Shown: positions 59,511 through 64,000 of the stretch, one piece after another
How positions within the stretch are numbered: the first letter of the stretch is position 1
How the letters are laid out: every line of letters starts with the position of its first letter
Source: Candidatus Hydrogenedentota bacterium
Lineage (GTDB): Bacteria > Hydrogenedentota > Hydrogenedentia > Hydrogenedentales > SLHB01
Length of the DNA: 64,000 nt
Assembly (NCBI GenBank): GCA_029974275.1
Contig: JARKSN010000316.1
Location: 17,459-81,458, forward strand
Reading direction: 5' to 3'
Notes under the pieces: model-generated
Told to the model about the DNA's origin: nothing
The model's input: the letters and a program-made list of their open reading frames with translations, nothing else
Database searches by the model: none
Position numbers and translations under genes: made by a program

Positions 59511-60115
59511 GCGCATTCGCGGCGGCCATGCCCACCGCGATGGGCGGCGCCGCCATGCATGAGGAAGCGACCGACGCGCAACTCGTCACACGCGCCAAAG
59601 AAGGCGATGCCGCCGCGTTTTCCTCACTCATTCTGCGGCACCAGCGCATCGTGTACAACCTCGCGTTTCGTTTCATGCGAAACGCCACCCAGGCCGAGGA
59701 CATGGCGCAGGAGGCCTTCCTAAAAGCCTTTCGGCTGCTCGAAGGCTTTCGGGGCGATTCGAGCTTTTCGACTTGGCTGTACCGGGTGACATGCAGCGTC
59801 TGCCTGACCGAACTCGACCGCCGCAAACGGCGCGGCGAGGTCGACCTGCAGCCGATCCACGACCGCGCCGAAACCATCCGTTCCTCGCACGGCGACGCCG
59901 ATGAAGCGGAATTGATCCGGCGTTGCGTCACGAAGCTTCCCGAGAAATATGCACAAGTCTTGACCCTCTACTACCTACAAGAGATTCCCTACGAGGACCT
60001 TGCCAAAATCATGGGGGCGCCCCAGGGAACCTTGAAAACGTGGATGCATCGCGCGCGAAACTGCCTGCGCGAAATCGTCGAAAAGGAATTGGGCGAAGGG
60101 AGACGGCATGCTTGA
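59507..60115 (+). CDS. ECF RNA polymerase sigma factor
   Basis: AEDMAQEAFLKAF, FRGDSSFSTWLYRV, YEDLAKIMG.PQGTLKTWMHRAR. Confidence 0.93.
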   Translation: MSAFAAAMPTAMGGAAMHEEATDAQLVTRAKEGDAAAFSSLILRHQRIVYNLAFRFMRNATQAEDMAQEAFLKAFRLLEGFRGDSSFSTWLYRVTCSVCLTELDRRKRRGEVDLQPIHDRAETIRSSHGDADEAELIRRCVTKLPEKYAQVLTLYYLQEIPYEDLAKIMGAPQGTLKTWMHRARNCLREIVEKELGEGRRHA

Positions 60116-60512
60116 CAAGGATTTGGATACGCGCATGGAACAAGCCCTGCGCGACGAGCCCCTGCGCCCGGTTCCGGCAGGGCTGTTTATGCGCATCCAG
60201 CGCCATGTTCGTCTGCTGGCCATGGCCCAACAAGAGCGTCAAGCCTTTAGAGCCCGCGCGACGTTGGCGGTTGCATGTGCCCTCGCGCTGATCCTGGCCG
60301 CCGGCATCCAGTTCTGGCGGACCGCTCCGCTCGATTGGGCCGGGCGGCGCTTCCCGGGAGCCTGGGGATACGTCGATTATCTGCGCCTCGATTGGACGAA
60401 CACGAACGCGGGCGTCACGCTCGCTCTCGTTGCCGTCATGGCCTCGATAGCCTGCTCCATTCTCGTGGCGCTTGCCGTTCCGGCCATTGCCGCAAAGGGT
60501 CGCAAATCATAG
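60108..60512 (+). CDS. Putative membrane anti-sigma factor
   Basis: Overlaps the sigma stop; short helical N-terminus (PVPAGLFMRI) plus two transmembrane segments. Confidence 0.6.
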   Translation: MLDKDLDTRMEQALRDEPLRPVPAGLFMRIQRHVRLLAMAQQERQAFRARATLAVACALALILAAGIQFWRTAPLDWAGRRFPGAWGYVDYLRLDWTNTNAGVTLALVAVMASIACSILVALAVPAIAAKGRKS

Positions 60513-60572
60513 ACTTGGCTGGCGCGAGCTTTCTCGGGAATCCGATCCCGATCCCGACGGCCTCTCGCGACC

Positions 60573-62150
60573 TCACAGATACTTCTCGAAGAAGATTTTC
60601 GCAAATCCAGCCTTCCCGTGTACAAGCGCCTCGATTTCCGGAATGGTGGAATGCTGGCGGATAAGGTGCGCAACCGCCTCGGCACCCGCAGCGTCATGGA
60701 GTTCCATGCATGCCGCGCCGAGACCTAAGGCGGAAAGCAGCGAATAGCCGGATTCGAGTCGCTTTTCGAAGTAACTCCGGGCCCGTTTCCAACGGAAGCA
60801 CGTCAGGTTCTCATACCCGGACCACTCGTTCCCTTCGTCCATAAGCGCCTTCGGATCGGGAACCAACTGCCCCACGATATCCTCAAAGGCAGGCATGGCG
60901 TCCGTGGGGGGCCCAAGACGCTTTTCCAACCCAGGGCGCAACGCTTCGGCGAGTTCTTGGGCGATGCGAAACTGACTATGCAGCGTCGGATGGCAATGGT
61001 CGATCATGGCCTCATCGCCGAGGATGCCCCCCGGCGAGTCCTTCTCCAACGCGTCCTCGACATCGACAAGCATAACGCTGGGATATCGCGCCGGCATCCC
61101 GCGAATGAATTCCTGGATACGTCCGTGCGTCCGCACTTTCCAGACAGTCTCGTTCGATGCCTCCTCGTAGAGTCGCCGCGCCTGCGCTACATCGCCCCCC
61201 CTATCATAATGCCGCGCAAGCTGATACGACTCCGCCGCCGAACGATCTGTCTGAGCCGCCAAACGCTCTGCCTCATCCGCAGCCAGGGCAGGCAGCTCAT
61301 CGGCGCCCGGTTCCGGCGGAAAATCGCGCAGGTTGCGTAGGTGCGTGAGGTAGACAACCTGGGCCTCACATTCCTGGGCGATGGCGAGCAAGCGATCCGT
61401 AATCCATGCGAAATCTTCGACGGCAGAGGCCACTGCGCCTGCAAGTTCGGCCTGTTCCGCCCCATCGACGCGGGCGGCGTTTTCCCCCGCATCCCGTCCC
61501 GAACGCCCCAACTCGAGGGCTATCGCGCACGCACGCGAACGCCGGGCCAACCATCCTTCCGGATCTGTCAGCCGCCACAACGGATTCGCGCGCCGTTGTG
61601 CGGCAAACGCCATGCCGGCGGGATGCAATTCGTTGCCGCCGCCAAGGACAATCAGATAATCGGGACGTAACGGCAGGCAATCGCGCACGGTCTGCAAACT
61701 AAAGTAATACGTCCGGCCGGGCGATCCAAAATTAAACGCCTCGAAAGTCGCGTTGGGCCACTGCGCGCGCAACAGCCGCAACAACATATGCGGAAACGCC
61801 GCATCGGGACGAAACGGCGTGCCGTACACAGACGAGGCGCCAAATGCCGCGATGCGGATCGTGCCCGGCTCCTTGGAAATCGTCAGTTCCGGGGAACGCT
61901 GCGGGATTGGGCGAGACGGCAGCTCATGCGAGGACAGGAAATAATAGCCGTCGCGCATGGACGATGCCGTCAGCAGATCCACCCACGACGGACGCGCCGA
62001 TGGGCGCGCTGCCGTGTAGACCCGCGCCGCCCCCTCAATAAAGGCAAACAGCAGCGCGGTCGATAGAAGAACGATCGCCGCGATTCGAAACCGCCGCCAT
62101 GGCCGCCTCGGGCGGCTCCCAGTCCCTGAATGGACGCTAGTCGTGTTCAT
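60573..62150 (-). CDS. Membrane-anchored SGNH/GDSL-like hydrolase with TPR-like helices (paralog 1)
   Basis: Transmembrane anchor, AFGASSVYG, NFGSPG, GGNE, DHCHP. Confidence 0.75.
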   Translation of the reverse strand: MNTTSVHSGTGSRPRRPWRRFRIAAIVLLSTALLFAFIEGAARVYTAARPSARPSWVDLLTASSMRDGYYFLSSHELPSRPIPQRSPELTISKEPGTIRIAAFGASSVYGTPFRPDAAFPHMLLRLLRAQWPNATFEAFNFGSPGRTYYFSLQTVRDCLPLRPDYLIVLGGGNELHPAGMAFAAQRRANPLWRLTDPEGWLARRSRACAIALELGRSGRDAGENAARVDGAEQAELAGAVASAVEDFAWITDRLLAIAQECEAQVVYLTHLRNLRDFPPEPGADELPALAADEAERLAAQTDRSAAESYQLARHYDRGGDVAQARRLYEEASNETVWKVRTHGRIQEFIRGMPARYPSVMLVDVEDALEKDSPGGILGDEAMIDHCHPTLHSQFRIAQELAEALRPGLEKRLGPPTDAMPAFEDIVGQLVPDPKALMDEGNEWSGYENLTCFRWKRARSYFEKRLESGYSLLSALGLGAACMELHDAAGAEAVAHLIRQHSTIPEIEALVHGKAGFAKIFFEKYL

Positions 62151-62186
62151 CGCACCGGTTGATGCCGCAGCACGCGGTTGCCACGC

Positions 62187-63809
62187 CTACTCGTGCGCTT
62201 CGGATGCACGAAGATACTGCTCATAGAAAGACCGCGCAAGACCCGCCTGTCCGGCGATGGCCTGAACGATATCCTGCTCGCTCGAAGTGGCGCGGATGCG
62301 GTCCGCCATCGCCCGCGCCTCCGCCAAATCCCCCAACTGCACCCGGCACATGCCCAACCCCAACGCCGAATTGAGCGAATATCCCAGTTTCAGACGCTCT
62401 TCGTAAAAATCCGCAGCCCGTTTCCATCGTTGCGCCACGAAGTTCCAAAAACCCGAATACTCTATGCCATCCATGAGCATCTGCTCCACATTTGGCGTCA
62501 ATTGATTCACCAATTCGCTGAACGCCGGCGCGTCGCCGGTTGGCGGGCCAAAACGCTGCGTCACCAGAGGTTCCAATTCCCGAGCCAACGCCCGAGCCAC
62601 CCGGAAATGCGTTTCGAGCCGGAAATGGGAGGCGTCCACAAGCCAATCATCGCCGATCACGCCGCCAGCCGATTCCCTCTCGAGTTCCGGCTCTACATCG
62701 ACCACCGCCACGTCCCGATAGCGACCGGGAAGCTCCCGCACGAACTGCACCAGACGGCTGGTCGCCCGGCCAAAAAAATACGACCCATCCGAAGCCTCGC
62801 AGTACAACGCCTTGGCTCGCGCCGTATCGCCCGCCGCCTCGTAATGACGCGCCAGCAGAAAGGCGTCCGGCGGCATGCGCGACGGACGCGCCTCGATCGC
62901 ACGCGCCTCCGGGGCCGTCAAAGGAGGCGAGAACTCGACGCCGGGTTCCGGCGGAAAATCACGCAGATTCCGTAACGGCACAAGATAGACGAGCTTGGCG
63001 TCGCTCGCGCGCGCAAACGCGACGATGCGCCCCGTTATCCACTCAAAATCGCGGTACACATCGGGAACATGCGCTGGGAAATCAAAATTGGGAGGGATTG
63101 GAGGCGGCGCCGCCGGATTCGCGACATTGTCCCCGCGTTGCATGGCGGAGACCGCCCATCGCGCCGCGGACGAGGTGCACAATAGCCATCCGTTCGGATC
63201 AAGCCAATTGCCAAAAGGCCTCAAAGCGCGCCGCGCCGAAAAATAAATATTGTTGGGGTAGAGGCCGCCCGCGCCCGCATCGAGAATCATGCAATCCGGC
63301 TTCAAGGCCATGGCATCGCGCACGGTTTCGAGACCGAAATAATAATTCCGGCCCGCTGATCCGAAATTGCATACCTCGAATTTCCCCAACGGCCATTGCG
63401 CCTTGAGGATGCGCAACAGCATGTGCGGAAACGCGGCATCGGGCGGATAAGGAGTTCCGTACACCGCCGAAGCGCCAAACGTGGCGACGCGAAACACATC
63501 CGGGTCTCTGGGGGCTTTCAACTCCGGAGATCGGGGCGGCTCCACCGGAACGGGCAGTTCGTGCATCGCCAGGAAATAATAACCATCCTGTTTGGCCCCT
63601 GGCGTCAATACATCCACCCAGGAGTTCTTCGGTTCCGGACGTGCGCGCCAATACAGACGCGCCACGCCTTCTAGCGCCAACAGCGCCACAAGCGTCGCCG
63701 CCACAGCCTGAAAGAAGACCACTCCCCACCGGTAAAATCGGCCCCGACGCCGGGGTGCAGCAGCCCTGTCAACCGGCGTGCCGCCCCTGCATGCTTTGCT
63801 ATCGGTCAC
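62187..63809 (-). CDS. Membrane-anchored SGNH/GDSL-like hydrolase with TPR-like helices (paralog 2)
   Basis: TFGASAVYG, NFGSAG, DASHF; colinear similarity to 60573-62150; GTG start inferred from a GGAGGGGAG RBS. Confidence 0.75.
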   Translation of the reverse strand: MTDSKACRGGTPVDRAAAPRRRGRFYRWGVVFFQAVAATLVALLALEGVARLYWRARPEPKNSWVDVLTPGAKQDGYYFLAMHELPVPVEPPRSPELKAPRDPDVFRVATFGASAVYGTPYPPDAAFPHMLLRILKAQWPLGKFEVCNFGSAGRNYYFGLETVRDAMALKPDCMILDAGAGGLYPNNIYFSARRALRPFGNWLDPNGWLLCTSSAARWAVSAMQRGDNVANPAAPPPIPPNFDFPAHVPDVYRDFEWITGRIVAFARASDAKLVYLVPLRNLRDFPPEPGVEFSPPLTAPEARAIEARPSRMPPDAFLLARHYEAAGDTARAKALYCEASDGSYFFGRATSRLVQFVRELPGRYRDVAVVDVEPELERESAGGVIGDDWLVDASHFRLETHFRVARALARELEPLVTQRFGPPTGDAPAFSELVNQLTPNVEQMLMDGIEYSGFWNFVAQRWKRAADFYEERLKLGYSLNSALGLGMCRVQLGDLAEARAMADRIRATSSEQDIVQAIAGQAGLARSFYEQYLRASEAHE

Positions 63810-64000
63810 CAGCACTCCCCTCCCATATACGACGGTCCGTAGAACCATCCTTGAGAAACCATTCCGCCACCCCGGTAGTTTCCCTGTTGGCCCCAGCGAT
63901 TTCAACGCGCCCGCCTGCATTTCGGAATGGAAACTGGAAAAGAATCGCTCCAATTGCTACCATAAGCGCCCGCTCTCGAGCGGCAGGCAGTCAAGGCAGG

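Overview
High-GC chromosomal window from a diderm bacterium (pal and cpoB present); the lineage cannot be fixed from the sequence alone. Most of it is housekeeping or envelope genes: recF-dciA-gyrB-gyrA, tRNA-Arg(CCG), pal-cpoB, ruvA/ruvB, purN, dapF, ddl, galK, a photolyase, sugar oxidoreductases and a GH78 rhamnosidase. Two accessory blocks stand out. The first is a BglII/BstYI-family restriction-modification pair inserted between gyrB and gyrA. The second is a ~10.3 kb minus-strand operon (20956-31266) encoding, in order, a divergent extended ECF sigma factor, a soluble anti-sigma-like protein, a CHAT (caspase-like) protease, and a ~2200-aa single-pass membrane protein with a large repetitive beta-rich ectodomain. 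The CHAT ORF overlaps the giant ORF out of frame. This operon is the best candidate for an undescribed system: a receptor-triggered, caspase-like protease-controlled sigma switch, analogous to Csx29/Csx30/CASP-sigma of type III-E CRISPR but with no CRISPR component. Other items of note are a four-barrel lipoprotein, a neutral-ceramidase/C45 fusion, a possible GlcNAc salvage module, several apparently leaderless genes and a small palindromic element. All family calls come from motif recognition by eye; no database searches were run.
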